A stretch of 64,000 nt of DNA from an uncultured Bacillales bacterium (GCA_946626345.1 CAMOUB010000001.1:643-64642); one strand, 5' to 3'. Counted from the first letter of the stretch, positions 29,490 through 40,525 are shown. Made by a program: numbers and translations. Notes: generated by a model not told the origin, from the sequence alone.

Positions 29490-29563
29490 TGGAGCGAGTG
29501 ATGGGAATCGAACCCACGTAGTTAGCTTGGAAGGCTAAGGTTCTACCATTGAACTACACTCGC
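29490..29563 (-). tRNA. tRNA-Gly(TCC)
   Basis: GCGAGTGTAGTTCAATGGTAGAAC...CTTCCAA...GGTTCGATTCC...CCA. Confidence 0.97.
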
Positions 29564-29571
29564 ATATAAAA

Positions 29572-29648
29572 TGGTCGGGATTATAGGATTCGAACCTACG
29601 ACATCTTGGTCCCAAACCAAGCGCTCTACCAAGCTGAGCTAAATCCCG
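29572..29648 (-). tRNA. tRNA-Pro(TGG)
   Basis: CGGGATTTAGCTCAGCTTGGTAGAGC...TTTGGGA...GGTTCGAATCC...CCA. Confidence 0.97.
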
Positions 29649-29765
29649 ATGGTATTTCTTAAATACGCTCGTTTATTATAGCACGACATTTTTTTTAATG
29701 CAATAGTTTTTTTCTAAATTTTTATTATAAAAATAGGAGGATTTTGCATCCTCCTAAATAACTTA

Positions 29766-31187
29766 TTATAAAATATGAATCTTAATTGTATCAGTAATAG
29801 CTTCTCCTACTCCTGATGCACCTGTAATTATTACTTTATCTCCTGTCTTAACAATTCCTGTTTCTAATGCTTTATCAATTGCATATTGGAATAATTCATC
29901 AATTGTATTTTTCTTTTCAGCATATACAGGATATACATCCCATGCTAAATTTAATTGTCTACAAGATTTAGCATCTACAGTGATTGCAATTACAGGACAT
30001 TGTGGATGATATGCAGCAATCTTAAATGCTGTTTGTCCATGATTTGTAACACAAATGATTGCTTTGGCATCTACTTGATATGCTGTTAAGACTGCAGCAT
30101 TACAAATTGCAGATAAGAAATCATCACCTAAATTTAAATCTGTATCAAAGAATTTCTTTTTAAAATCAATATTCTTTTCATTGTATTCAGCAATATCACG
30201 CATTGCCATTACTGATTCAAGTGGATATTCACCTGCTGCAGATTCACCTGATAGCATAATTGCTGTTGTACCATCAAATATAGCATTAGCAACATCAGAT
30301 ACTTCAGCTCTAGTAGGTCTTGGATTATGTTGCATTGAATCTAGCATTTGTGTTGCAGTAACTACAATTTTTCCTGCTTCATAGCATTTTTTTATTAAAG
30401 TCTTTTGAATTGGTGGTAAGCATTTAAAAGGTACTTCAACACCCATATCTCCTCTTGCTACCATAATACCATCAGATACTTCAATGATTTCATCCATTTT
30501 TTCAATACCTTCAGTATTTTCAATCTTAGAGATAATTCTAATCTTACCTGATTTATCGTATTGATCTAATATTTTTCTTACTTCTAAAACATCTTCTTTT
30601 CTTCTTACGAATGAAGCAGCAATATAATCTACACATTCGTTAATACCAAAGATAATATCGTCTCTATCTACTTGTGATATATATGGCATATCAACAACTA
30701 CATTTGGAATATTAATTGATTTTCTGTTAGATAATGAACCATCATTTAATACCTTAGTTACAATATCTTTTCCTTCAACTCTTAATGTTTCAAATGCCAT
30801 TTTACCATCATCTGCTAAAATAGTAATACCTGGCTTATTTACAAATTTAGCTAAATCAGGATATGTTAATCCTACTTTAGTTTCATCTCCCACTAAATCA
30901 AAATCAGAAGAAAAAGTAAATTCTTGCCCCTTCTTTAATGATACTTTTCCATCCTTGAATAATCTAACTCTAATTTCAGGACCCTTTGTATCTAGTAATA
31001 TAGGTAGTGGAATACCTAATTCTTCTCTAATTCTCTTTACTCTATCCATTCTTACTTTTTGTTCTGCATGAGTACCATGAGAGAAATTTAATCTAGCACA
31101 GTCTAGACCATTTTTAATCATTTCTTTTAATAATTCATCGTTATCGCATGCAGGACCTAATGTACAAATAATTTTTGTCTTACGCAT
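29766..31187 (-). CDS. pyk: Pyruvate kinase
   Basis: RKTKIICTLGPA, RLNFSHG, DTKGPEIR, MVARGDMGVE, ATQMLDSM, MLSGESA. Confidence 0.98.
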   Translation of the reverse strand: MRKTKIICTLGPACDNDELLKEMIKNGLDCARLNFSHGTHAEQKVRMDRVKRIREELGIPLPILLDTKGPEIRVRLFKDGKVSLKKGQEFTFSSDFDLVGDETKVGLTYPDLAKFVNKPGITILADDGKMAFETLRVEGKDIVTKVLNDGSLSNRKSINIPNVVVDMPYISQVDRDDIIFGINECVDYIAASFVRRKEDVLEVRKILDQYDKSGKIRIISKIENTEGIEKMDEIIEVSDGIMVARGDMGVEVPFKCLPPIQKTLIKKCYEAGKIVVTATQMLDSMQHNPRPTRAEVSDVANAIFDGTTAIMLSGESAAGEYPLESVMAMRDIAEYNEKNIDFKKKFFDTDLNLGDDFLSAICNAAVLTAYQVDAKAIICVTNHGQTAFKIAAYHPQCPVIAITVDAKSCRQLNLAWDVYPVYAEKKNTIDELFQYAIDKALETGIVKTGDKVIITGASGVGEAITDTIKIHIL

Positions 31188-31299
31188 TATAATCACGCCC
31201 CTTGAAACTATTTTATCATATTTTGGACTAATAATATATAAATATATTATTGTTTATTAAAAAAAATAGCTCTAAACAGAGCTATTAATTATTAAAGAA

Positions 31300-31375
<76 letters not shown>

Positions 31376-31380
31376 ATTAA

Positions 31381-31456
31381 TGGTGGAGGTTAACGGGCTC
31401 GAACCGCTGACCCTTTGCTTGTAAGGCAAATGCTCTCCCAACTGAGCTAAACCTCC
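31381..31456 (-). tRNA. tRNA-Val(TAC)
   Basis: GGAGGTTTAGCTCAGTTGGGAGAGC...CTTACAA...GGTTCGAGCC...CCA. Confidence 0.97.
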
Positions 31457-31560
31457 ATATGAATTTAACAATTGTGATTTTATAATAATATATATTTTTT
31501 GTCAAGATAATTTTAATTAAATAGGCATTCTATTCCACTTATAGAATGCCTAATTATTAT

Positions 31561-32097
31561 TTATTTTCTCATATTCTTTTTAATGTATTTAAATAGCTCT
31601 TTTTGACCATGCTCAATATAATAAGTTAATAAAAATACTATTTTTTCTTTTACGTTATCGTGCATTGGTAAAAATTTAGCTTCCTTATTGAAATAATCTA
31701 ATACCATTTCTGGTTTGAAATTTCCTTTATTATATACCTTAGAAGCTGCTATTCTATCACATATACATTCAGCTACATATCTATTTGGCATATCTACTGG
31801 TTCTATTAAGAATGATTTCATATTAACATCCATCCAATAATCAATATGATGTTTATTTCTTCCCTTATGATGTAACCAGGCCATACTATAGCCTTTTTTC
31901 AATCTCTCATTATAGTGTGGAGATTTTTTACCATCATAATATTTGGCTCCTCGCCAAAATTCTGTAAAACCATATTTAGATAAATCATGTAATAAGCCTT
32001 GCTTTACTAAACCACATTTAAAGCAATAATGCATAACTAAATGTCTATGTTTTGTTATAGTAATAAAATGCTTTATTGGATGTAGCATTATGCCCAA
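31561..32097 (-). CDS. DUF5662-like HD-superfamily protein
   Basis: LHDLSKY, AWLHHKGRNKHH, CDRIAASK. Confidence 0.75.
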   Translation of the reverse strand: MGIMLHPIKHFITITKHRHLVMHYCFKCGLVKQGLLHDLSKYGFTEFWRGAKYYDGKKSPHYNERLKKGYSMAWLHHKGRNKHHIDYWMDVNMKSFLIEPVDMPNRYVAECICDRIAASKVYNKGNFKPEMVLDYFNKEAKFLPMHDNVKEKIVFLLTYYIEHGQKELFKYIKKNMRK

Positions 32098-33314
32098 GTA
32101 CCATTTTTAAATATTTCTACAGTCTTACCATCAAATGTAGTTGCTGTAATATTTAAATCCTCTGAACCAATCATAAAATCAACATGGATAATTGAAGTAT
32201 TTAAATTAAATGCTTTTCTTTCCTCTGAAGTCATCTTATCAAAATCTTTAATACATTCTTCAAATGCTCTACCTAATGCTAAATGGCAGCATGCATTTTC
32301 ATCATATAATGTTTCGAAGAATAAAATACCAGTTTGATTAATAGGTGAATCAAATGGTACAAGTGCTACTTCACCTAATTGTCTTGCACCCTCATCAACT
32401 GAAATTAAATGCTCTAATACCTCTTTTGAATTAGCATCCTTAGCTAATACTTCAACAACCTTACCATTTTCAAATCTAAATCCAAAGTTATCAACAACCT
32501 TACCATCTACTGATAATGGCTTTGTTGCCATAACTACACCATTAGCTGATGTTTTATCAGGAGATGTAAAGCATTCTTCTGTTGGCATATTAGGTTGATA
32601 TACAACTCCTGAAATTGTTCTTGCTGCACCACCATCAAATACCATACCTTTTAATAAGTTAATATTAAAGTTAGTACCATTTTTAGATTCATAATGTAAT
32701 GATTTAATTCCTAAATTATTTAACCATTCGCATTTTTCTTTTAAAATCTTATTATGCTCTTTCCAATTTTCTATTGGATCGCCTAATACTCTTGTTGTTT
32801 TTAATATAGCATCCCATAATTTCTTTACTGCATTACTCTTAGTTTCATTAGGGAATACCTTCTTAGCCCATGCTTCACTTGGAATACCTGCGATAACCCA
32901 TTGATATTTGTTATCCATTTGCTCACGATATTTCATTATAGTTGGACCTAAAGCCATTTTAACTTTAGTATATTTATCTTGATCAACACCTTTTAATGCA
33001 TCAGGATCATCAGATGTAATATAAATTCTTGCAGGTAATGTATCAACTTGATGTTGTAATTTTTCTTCTTTCCATTTTGGCATTTCAGATAATGTTTTTA
33101 ATGATTGATATTTATATGCTAATCTAGTAATTTGATCATCTGACCATTCAACCATAACACTTCTAGCTTTTGCTTTATAAGCAGCTTCTGCAACTAATTC
33201 AGCAAAATATGCTTCATTTACTCTAGCTTGAATAATAACATCTTGTCCCTTTTGTACATTTGCACCAATTTCAACAATTAGCTTTGCATAATTTTTTAAT
33301 AAAGTCTTGTTCAT
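32088..33314 (-). CDS. Aminopeptidase, M29 family (AmpS/PepS)
   Basis: GANVQKGQ, PNMPTEECFT, LGEVALV, LYDENACCHLALG, IHVDFMIG. Confidence 0.93.
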   Translation of the reverse strand: MNKTLLKNYAKLIVEIGANVQKGQDVIIQARVNEAYFAELVAEAAYKAKARSVMVEWSDDQITRLAYKYQSLKTLSEMPKWKEEKLQHQVDTLPARIYITSDDPDALKGVDQDKYTKVKMALGPTIMKYREQMDNKYQWVIAGIPSEAWAKKVFPNETKSNAVKKLWDAILKTTRVLGDPIENWKEHNKILKEKCEWLNNLGIKSLHYESKNGTNFNINLLKGMVFDGGAARTISGVVYQPNMPTEECFTSPDKTSANGVVMATKPLSVDGKVVDNFGFRFENGKVVEVLAKDANSKEVLEHLISVDEGARQLGEVALVPFDSPINQTGILFFETLYDENACCHLALGRAFEECIKDFDKMTSEERKAFNLNTSIIHVDFMIGSEDLNITATTFDGKTVEIFKNGTWA

Positions 33315-34543
33315 TATTTTCTATTCCTTTCAATAAATTCTTCAATTTCTTCTGTAGTCTTTATTATTTGTGGACTTAACCACTCTGCACCATTTTCTGT
33401 AATTAAAATATCATCTTCAATACGAATACCAATACCTTCTTCAGAAATATATAAGCCTGGTTCATTTGATATTATTGATCCTGGTCTTAGGCCATCATAT
33501 TCACATAAGTCATGACAATCAAGACCTATATGATGGCTTACTCCATGATAATAATATTTAGATACATCCTCAGGTTTATTAATTAAACCAATTCTCATTA
33601 ATTCTTTTTCATAATATTTGATTAAGATTTGGTTTAATTCTCTTGTTGTAATTCCTGGCTTTGCACTATCAAAGACAAGCTTTTGTCCATTTAATACAAT
33701 ATCGTATAATTCCTTTTGTCTTTTACTAAATTTACCAGATACAGGGAATGTTCTTGAAATATCAGAACAATACATATTTAAGCTACATCCTAAATCAAAT
33801 AAAATTAAATCGCCATTTTTAGCTAAATCTTTATTTTCCATATAATGTAAGCAAGTAGCATTTTTACCTGATGCAGCTATTGTAGGAAATGCATATCCTG
33901 TTGCACCATAATATTTAATCGCTTGGTCAAAATATGATTCTAATTGGTATTCATATGCTTCAGTAATATTAGCTAATATATTTTTTATACCTTTATTAGT
34001 AATTTCAATTGCCTTTTTCATTTCTTCAATTTCTTCAGGCTCTTTTACTGTTCTTGCTTTAGTAAATAATAATCTACCATTTAATATATTTAACCATGGT
34101 AATTTTTCTTTTAATTCTTTAGCAAATAATTGATCTTCATTTAATTTATCTGAAGATGTATCAATATCTAGATATAAATTATTAGCATATGATAATAAGC
34201 TCATTAAATTCTTATTAAAATTTTCTAAATATCTAATATCTGTAATTCCTGATAAATTTGAAACTTCTTCTTTAGATAAAGGGGCTCCAACCCATTTAGC
34301 CTTAAATTCATCATATGGATTAATAAATATCATTTCTGTAGTTTTATTTTTTATTTTTGTTAATACTACAATATTTTCAAATTCTAATACACCAGATACA
34401 TAATAATAATTTCTATTAACGTTATATGCTTGTTTAAAAATGTCATCATCGCCATTTTTTCTTGAGAATATAACGAAAACGGAATTATCAATCATTTGAT
34501 CTAATATCTTTTTACGATTCTTTTTAAATAATTCTTTATTCAT
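33314..34543 (-). CDS. pepP: Xaa-Pro aminopeptidase (M24B)
   Basis: TCLHY, LFDLG, SDISRTFP, HGVSHHIGLDCHD, EPGLY, GIRIEDD. Confidence 0.9.
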   Translation of the reverse strand: MNKELFKKNRKKILDQMIDNSVFVIFSRKNGDDDIFKQAYNVNRNYYYVSGVLEFENIVVLTKIKNKTTEMIFINPYDEFKAKWVGAPLSKEEVSNLSGITDIRYLENFNKNLMSLLSYANNLYLDIDTSSDKLNEDQLFAKELKEKLPWLNILNGRLLFTKARTVKEPEEIEEMKKAIEITNKGIKNILANITEAYEYQLESYFDQAIKYYGATGYAFPTIAASGKNATCLHYMENKDLAKNGDLILFDLGCSLNMYCSDISRTFPVSGKFSKRQKELYDIVLNGQKLVFDSAKPGITTRELNQILIKYYEKELMRIGLINKPEDVSKYYYHGVSHHIGLDCHDLCEYDGLRPGSIISNEPGLYISEEGIGIRIEDDILITENGAEWLSPQIIKTTEEIEEFIERNRK

Positions 34544-34595
34544 TTTACTACCTCAAATCCATACATATTATAGTTTATAACTATAATCTAGTCAA

Positions 34596-36413
34596 TTATG
34601 ACAAAAGCTTTCCAATAGATTCTTCTGAAAATTGATTCTTATATAATTCAAAATAATAGCCACGCTTATTTAATAAGTCATGATGATTACCTGATTCTAC
34701 AATAGCGCCATCTTTCATAACTAATATTATATCAGCATTTACTACAGTAGATAATCTATGAGCTATCATAAATGTAGTTCTACCTTTCATAGTTATATCT
34801 ATCGCACTTTGAATTTTAGATTCAGTTTCTGTATCAATTGATGAAGTTGCCTCATCTAATATTAATATTTTAGGATCATTAACTATAGCTCTTGCGAAAG
34901 ATATCAATTGCTTTTCACCAAGTGATAGTTTTCCTCCACCTTCACCTACATTAGTATTATATTTATCTTCTAGTTTTTCAATAAATTCATCAGCATGTAC
35001 TAGCTTTAATGCATTTATACATTCTTCATCTGTTGCTTTTAAATTACCATATCTTACGTTTTCTAAGATAGTACCCGTAAATAATTGAGGAGTTTGTAAT
35101 ACATAGCCTAAATTAGAATGTAGCCATGTTATACTTCTTTCTTTATAATCTTTATTATCAATTAAGATATTACCTGATGTTGGTTCATAAAATCTACAAA
35201 TTAAATTAACTAATGTAGATTTACCAGAGCCTGTATGACCAACAAGTGCTACACTTTGTCCTGCTTTTATTTTTAAATTAAAATTTTTTAATACTTCTTC
35301 ACCATTATTATATTTAAATGTAACATTTTTGAATTCTACATCGCCAATTAATGGTTCAAAATTCTCATATTTTGGTTCGAAGATAGTACCATATTTTTCA
35401 ATAACCTCAGGGCTATCAAATATTTCTGGCTTTTCTTCTGTTAACGCAATAATTCTTTCAGCTGATGCCTGTGCCTGTTTAAATTCTCCTAATATTGAAG
35501 ATATATTCATTACAGGGTCAAAGAATTTAATTGTATAATCTACAAATATGTATAATAGTGGTACATTTATTGCTAAAATAGCACCTACATAAATAGTTGT
35601 ACCTACTGCTGCATAACATGTAATAAATACAATAGGACCAAATAATGCTGATAACATTACAGCTCTTAAAGATGCTCTTTTATATTTAAATGCTTTATAT
35701 GTAAATTCTTCATTATTTGAATCTTCAATTACTAAAGATTTAGTAGCCTTTGCACCCATGAATCCTTCATTTAATGCGGCAGTTATTTTAGAATTTTCTT
35801 TTCTTGCATTTCTATATGCCTTTAATATTTTTGAATTAATAAATATAGTAACAGCTAATATTATTGGTAATATTATGATTATTATTAATGCTAATTTAAT
35901 ATTTAATACCATTAATATACCAAGTATTCCAAACATTGTTAATATACCCCAAAGTAAGTCAACTACACCCCAAGATATAATTTCTGATAATTTTCTTGAA
36001 TCGCTTGTTAAACGAGCCATAATCCAGCCTTGTGCTGTTTTATCAAAATATGAGAATGGAAGCTTTTGTAAATTTAGATATGCTTCTTTTCTTAATTCAT
36101 ATGAGGTATTAACCTCAACCTTACCTGCAAAGAAGATAAAGCTAAAGATTGTTAATCCATATATAATAGCAACACCAATATATAATGCAATAAATATATT
36201 AACATTATCAAATGATGGATTATCTCCAAAATAATGTTCTAGGGCATACTTGTTAATAAATGGATATAATGTATCTAATGTTGCTAAAAAAGCAACTGAT
36301 ACTATTAAACCTATAGCTGGTCCTTTATGCTTAAATACTGTTTTTAATATTTTTCTCCAAGGATGGTTATCATAATGACTTTGATTATCTTCTAATTCTT
36401 CTAAATCTTCCAT
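34596..36413 (-). CDS. Heterodimeric ABC exporter subunit (TMD+NBD, consensus site)
   Basis: GHTGSGKST, LSLGEKQ, LDEATSS, AHRLST. Confidence 0.93.
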   Translation of the reverse strand: MEDLEELEDNQSHYDNHPWRKILKTVFKHKGPAIGLIVSVAFLATLDTLYPFINKYALEHYFGDNPSFDNVNIFIALYIGVAIIYGLTIFSFIFFAGKVEVNTSYELRKEAYLNLQKLPFSYFDKTAQGWIMARLTSDSRKLSEIISWGVVDLLWGILTMFGILGILMVLNIKLALIIIIILPIILAVTIFINSKILKAYRNARKENSKITAALNEGFMGAKATKSLVIEDSNNEEFTYKAFKYKRASLRAVMLSALFGPIVFITCYAAVGTTIYVGAILAINVPLLYIFVDYTIKFFDPVMNISSILGEFKQAQASAERIIALTEEKPEIFDSPEVIEKYGTIFEPKYENFEPLIGDVEFKNVTFKYNNGEEVLKNFNLKIKAGQSVALVGHTGSGKSTLVNLICRFYEPTSGNILIDNKDYKERSITWLHSNLGYVLQTPQLFTGTILENVRYGNLKATDEECINALKLVHADEFIEKLEDKYNTNVGEGGGKLSLGEKQLISFARAIVNDPKILILDEATSSIDTETESKIQSAIDITMKGRTTFMIAHRLSTVVNADIILVMKDGAIVESGNHHDLLNKRGYYFELYKNQFSEESIGKLLS

Positions 36414-36414
36414 A

Positions 36415-38229
36415 TTATGCTACCTCCTTCTTTAATACATCAATAAATTCTTTTTCAAGGTCACCTTGAATTCCCCATAATTCTTTATATAATCCAGGTT
36501 TATCCTTTAATTCGTCATGAGTTCCTGATTCAACGATTTTTCCATCGTCTAATACTAAGATTAAATCAGCTTCCTTAGCTGTTGTGGTTCTATGAGTTAT
36601 AATAATCATAGTTTGATTTTGATCTTTTACCTTTAAGGCTTTCCTAATTAAAACATCAGTTTCTGTATCTAGTGCAGATAAAGAATCATCAAAGATTATT
36701 ACTGGTGCTTCATCAATTAACATACGTGCTATCGCAACTCTTTGTTTTTGTCCACCAGATAGTGTTGTTCCTTTTTCACCAACTACTGTTTTATAACCCT
36801 TATCAAACTTAATTACTTCGTTATGTATTGCAGCCTCTTTTGCTGCAGAAATAACCTTGTCCTCAGATATTTTTGGATTAGAAATAGCTATATTTTCATA
36901 TACAGTTCTTGAAAATAAGAATGGATCTTGTAATACATATTTAACATTTTTTCTTAGATATTTCTTTTCAATAGTTTTTAATTCATGGCCATTAATATAA
37001 ACATTACCAGAATCATAATCTAAAAATCTTGCTAATATATTACAAATAGTAGATTTGCCTGAACCAGTTTTTCCTACTAAGGCAACTGTTTGACCAGTTT
37101 TAATTTTAAAAGAAATATCATTTAATAATGATTTATTAGTATCACTAAATTTAAATGAAACATTTCTAAATTCAATATCACCTGTTAATTTAGGAGTTTC
37201 TTTTCCATCATCTTCAAATTCAGTTTTTAAATCTAATATTTCACCAATACGCTTAGCAGCAACATTTGCCTTACCAAATGAGGCAATAGTTCTTCCAAGG
37301 CCTCTCATTGGCCATACTAGCATATTCATTAATAGCATTGCTGCAATAATATCAGCTCCACCAAGTGTACCTGATTTTGCAAGCATTATACCTGTAAATA
37401 CTGTAACTGCATATTGTAAGAATACTATTGCATCTGATGTGCCCCAAAATGCTGCCATTACTGTATTAAATTTAGCATTCTTTATTGTATATTCCTTATT
37501 AGCTTCATCCATTTTTTCAAATTCATATTTTTCATTTGAAAATGCTCTAACTACTCTTGCTCCATTGACATTTTCTTGAATAATGGTAGTCATATTGCTT
37601 TCTACTTTTTCGATTTCATCAAATTTCTTATTACAATATCTAAAATATAATATAGATGAAATAGCTGTTATAGGCACAATTAATAAGCTTACCCACATTA
37701 ATGTTGTAGATATTTTAGCTACTTGATATGCACCTATTCCTACTGTAACAAATATACCAATAAAATTAGGAACTTGTGTTGATACGAAATTTGCAACTTG
37801 ATCAATATCAGATGTTGATCTTTGAATTAAATCACCTACATCTGAATTACTATGATATGAAAATGGTAAATCACATATATGCTTATATAGCTTAATTTTT
37901 AATCTATAGCCTATATATTGCGCTAATGCACCTTGCATATAATTATCAATAAATCTTAATACGCTTCTTATTGCCTGTAATAATATCATAGACATTGAAA
38001 CCATTAATATTATATTTAATGTAGTATCACCATTTTTAAAGATATTTACTAAAAAACTAGGTAAGGCAACTTTTTCTATATCACCATACCCTAAAACTGC
38101 AAAAGAATATTGAACAAAAAGTGGTAAATATGAATATAACCACTGTAATAATATTGATAATAAAATTATCGCTATAAATAGTGGAATATATCTTAAACTC
38201 CATTTACAAATACGCTTTATGCCACTCAT
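36415..38229 (-). CDS. Heterodimeric ABC exporter subunit (TMD+NBD, degenerate Walker B)
   Basis: GKTGSGKST, LSGGQKQR, FDDSLSA (Glu replaced by Asp, typical of TM287/TmrAB-type heterodimers). Confidence 0.93.
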   Translation of the reverse strand: MSGIKRICKWSLRYIPLFIAIILLSILLQWLYSYLPLFVQYSFAVLGYGDIEKVALPSFLVNIFKNGDTTLNIILMVSMSMILLQAIRSVLRFIDNYMQGALAQYIGYRLKIKLYKHICDLPFSYHSNSDVGDLIQRSTSDIDQVANFVSTQVPNFIGIFVTVGIGAYQVAKISTTLMWVSLLIVPITAISSILYFRYCNKKFDEIEKVESNMTTIIQENVNGARVVRAFSNEKYEFEKMDEANKEYTIKNAKFNTVMAAFWGTSDAIVFLQYAVTVFTGIMLAKSGTLGGADIIAAMLLMNMLVWPMRGLGRTIASFGKANVAAKRIGEILDLKTEFEDDGKETPKLTGDIEFRNVSFKFSDTNKSLLNDISFKIKTGQTVALVGKTGSGKSTICNILARFLDYDSGNVYINGHELKTIEKKYLRKNVKYVLQDPFLFSRTVYENIAISNPKISEDKVISAAKEAAIHNEVIKFDKGYKTVVGEKGTTLSGGQKQRVAIARMLIDEAPVIIFDDSLSALDTETDVLIRKALKVKDQNQTMIIITHRTTTAKEADLILVLDDGKIVESGTHDELKDKPGLYKELWGIQGDLEKEFIDVLKKEVA

Positions 38230-38276
38230 AATTACACCTTCTCTCCATAAAAAAAGCCCTCAAAAAGGGCTAAATA

Positions 38277-38747
38277 CTAATCTAGTGGGATTACATTTGT
38301 TTTCTTTTCTGTGCCAACTACAATAGATGTATCAATGTTAGATACATGAGGTACAGCTAAAAGCTTATCAAATACGAAATCTCTATAATACTGGAAGCTC
38401 TTTGCTACTATTTTAAGTAAGAAAGCAGCCTCACCTGTAATAGTATAACATTCAATTATTTCAGGAATCTTTTTAGCTTCTTCAATAAAGTTATTAGATG
38501 TCTCTCTATTAAGTGGAGACATAGATACCTTAGCGAAACAAGTTATTTCAAATCCTAATATTTTTTCATCAACTACCGCTGTAAATTGCTTTAATACCTT
38601 TTGTTCTTTTAAGTTTTTTACTCTAAGTAAACAAGATGATGGCGCAAGACCAATCTTTTTAGATAAATCTATATTAGATATAGATGAATCTTCTTGTAAG
38701 TACTTTAAAATCTTTTTATCAAATTCATCAAAATTAAGTGTAGACAT
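38277..38747 (-). CDS. Lrp/AsnC family transcriptional regulator
   Basis: DEFDKKILKYLQED HTH, ECYTITGE; start at 38747 behind AGAGGGAG. Confidence 0.92.
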   Translation of the reverse strand: MSTLNFDEFDKKILKYLQEDSSISNIDLSKKIGLAPSSCLLRVKNLKEQKVLKQFTAVVDEKILGFEITCFAKVSMSPLNRETSNNFIEEAKKIPEIIECYTITGEAAFLLKIVAKSFQYYRDFVFDKLLAVPHVSNIDTSIVVGTEKKTNVIPLD

Positions 38748-38929
38748 ATTACTCCCTCTTTCAATAAAATGTATTATAATTTTAACACAATTAAAAAAAC
38801 TTGTCAAAGATTATTCGGCAAAATATATATTTTTTTATTAAAAATTCGACGAATTTTATTCGTTTTAAAAAATCATATTTTCATTTTGAAAAAATTAAAA
38901 AGAATCACCAATTTTATAGTGATTCTAAT

Positions 38930-39634
38930 TTAAAATTTTAAGAATGAATATACTTTAGTCTTTTTACATATTAAAGATTTAATAATTGGTACAAATTTAG
39001 ATACATAGCCTCTTACACTAAATATTGTAGATATATCAGGGTTATCCTTTATATATAAAGATAAGGTATCTATAAGCTTAGGATCATCAATTCCTTCAAA
39101 TTTCCATATAGCTAATATTTCACCTGTAAAGAAATTATACATTAATACATATATTATTTCATTTACTGTTATTAAATCTAAGCATATTCTTATTTCTTTA
39201 TATTTATCTAGCATATTTTTATATGCTTCTTTTATATTTTTATCATAATCCATTTCATATAATTCAATGAATTTTTTATGAAGCATATTTATATTTCTAT
39301 CTGATATTTCTATATTCTTATTTGCAAGTAGATCACATATTTCATCTCTACCCTTATTTTTAATAGTTTTTTCATAATCTATCATGCAAACTGTTTTAGT
39401 AGAATATGTATATCCTCTAAACGCTAATTTATTAGCAGTTTGAGAGAAATATACAGTATCCATACATTTAGGGCATTTATATCCTAAATTTTTAATTCTT
39501 ATTGTTTTACCAGATGAAAATTGTACTACCTTGTTAGATATAGCATAACAATATTTTAATTGATTACCACATATAGGACATGATAATATTTCAGGCTTAT
39601 AAACCTTAACTGATTTTACATTAAGATCTTTCAT
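38930..39634 (-). CDS. Zinc-ribbon/HTH protein apparently derived from a DDE transposase, catalytically incomplete
   Basis: CPIC...CPKC, HTH-like RDEICDLLANKNIEISDRNI, RNase H-like ICLD...FTGEILA; no IRs; own terminator at 38897-38928. Confidence 0.55.
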   Translation of the reverse strand: MKDLNVKSVKVYKPEILSCPICGNQLKYCYAISNKVVQFSSGKTIRIKNLGYKCPKCMDTVYFSQTANKLAFRGYTYSTKTVCMIDYEKTIKNKGRDEICDLLANKNIEISDRNINMLHKKFIELYEMDYDKNIKEAYKNMLDKYKEIRICLDLITVNEIIYVLMYNFFTGEILAIWKFEGIDDPKLIDTLSLYIKDNPDISTIFSVRGYVSKFVPIIKSLICKKTKVYSFLKF

Positions 39635-39640
39635 AAAGAA

Positions 39641-40525
39641 TTACCATAAATATGCGGCACCAAGCATACCTGCGTCATTACCGATTTTAGCTCTTTTAAT
39701 ACTTACATCCTTTATAGCATAATGTGCATATCTTTTGTAATAGCTTGTTATTTTATCAATTAAAATATCACCAGCATTAGATACACCACCACCAATATAG
39801 AAGACATCTACATCTACTGCAAGCTCAATTATTGATATTGCTCTACCTAATGCATCAGCTACTACATCTAAGACAAATAATCCAAGTGGATCATTTTCTT
39901 TTGCAGCATCTAATACATCCTTAGCTGACATTTCTTTTTTAATTTTTGTTTCAAATGCATTATAATATTGCTTTGCAAGTCTTACAATACCTGTTGCAGA
40001 TGCGATTGTCTCTAGGCATCCATTTAAGCCACATGAGCATTTATAATTATGAACATAATCAACAAACATATGTCCTACTTCTCCACAATTAGAGTGGCTT
40101 CCATCTCTTACACGTCCATCGATTACAAGTCCACCTCCAACACCTGTACCAAGTGTTAGCATATATGCAGATTTTGTTTTTGAATCATCTGCAAGTAATT
40201 CTCCTAGTGCTGCAGCATTTGCATCATTTGTAGCATATACTTTTGCATCAGGAAAATATTTATTAAATACTGGCTTTATATCATAATTTTCAATACCAAC
40301 ATTAGGCAATTTATCAATTAATGTACCTACAACATGGCCAGGTAGGCCAACACCAATTCCATCTATTTTATAATTCTTTTCCTTCGCATAAGCCAATACT
40401 TTTTCACATACATCTTGAAATAATGTTTCTTTTTTAGTTTCAACAACTAATCTATCAACTATTTTATAGTTATCAATAAATCCAACCTTTACTGTAGTTC
40501 CACCTACATCTACTCCAAGTCTCAT
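39641..40525 (-). CDS. glcK: ROK-family glucokinase
   Basis: GVDVGGT, NDANAAALGE, LGTGVGGG, GEVGH, CSCGLNGCLE. Confidence 0.92.
   Translation of the reverse strand: MRLGVDVGGTTVKVGFIDNYKIVDRLVVETKKETLFQDVCEKVLAYAKEKNYKIDGIGVGLPGHVVGTLIDKLPNVGIENYDIKPVFNKYFPDAKVYATNDANAAALGELLADDSKTKSAYMLTLGTGVGGGLVIDGRVRDGSHSNCGEVGHMFVDYVHNYKCSCGLNGCLETIASATGIVRLAKQYYNAFETKIKKEMSAKDVLDAAKENDPLGLFVLDVVADALGRAISIIELAVDVDVFYIGGGVSNAGDILIDKITSYYKRYAHYAIKDVSIKRAKIGNDAGMLGAAYLW

Noticed and set aside
36415-38229. Walker B Glu->Asp change as a sign of pseudogenisation
   Set aside because: Normal degenerate site of heterodimeric ABC exporters
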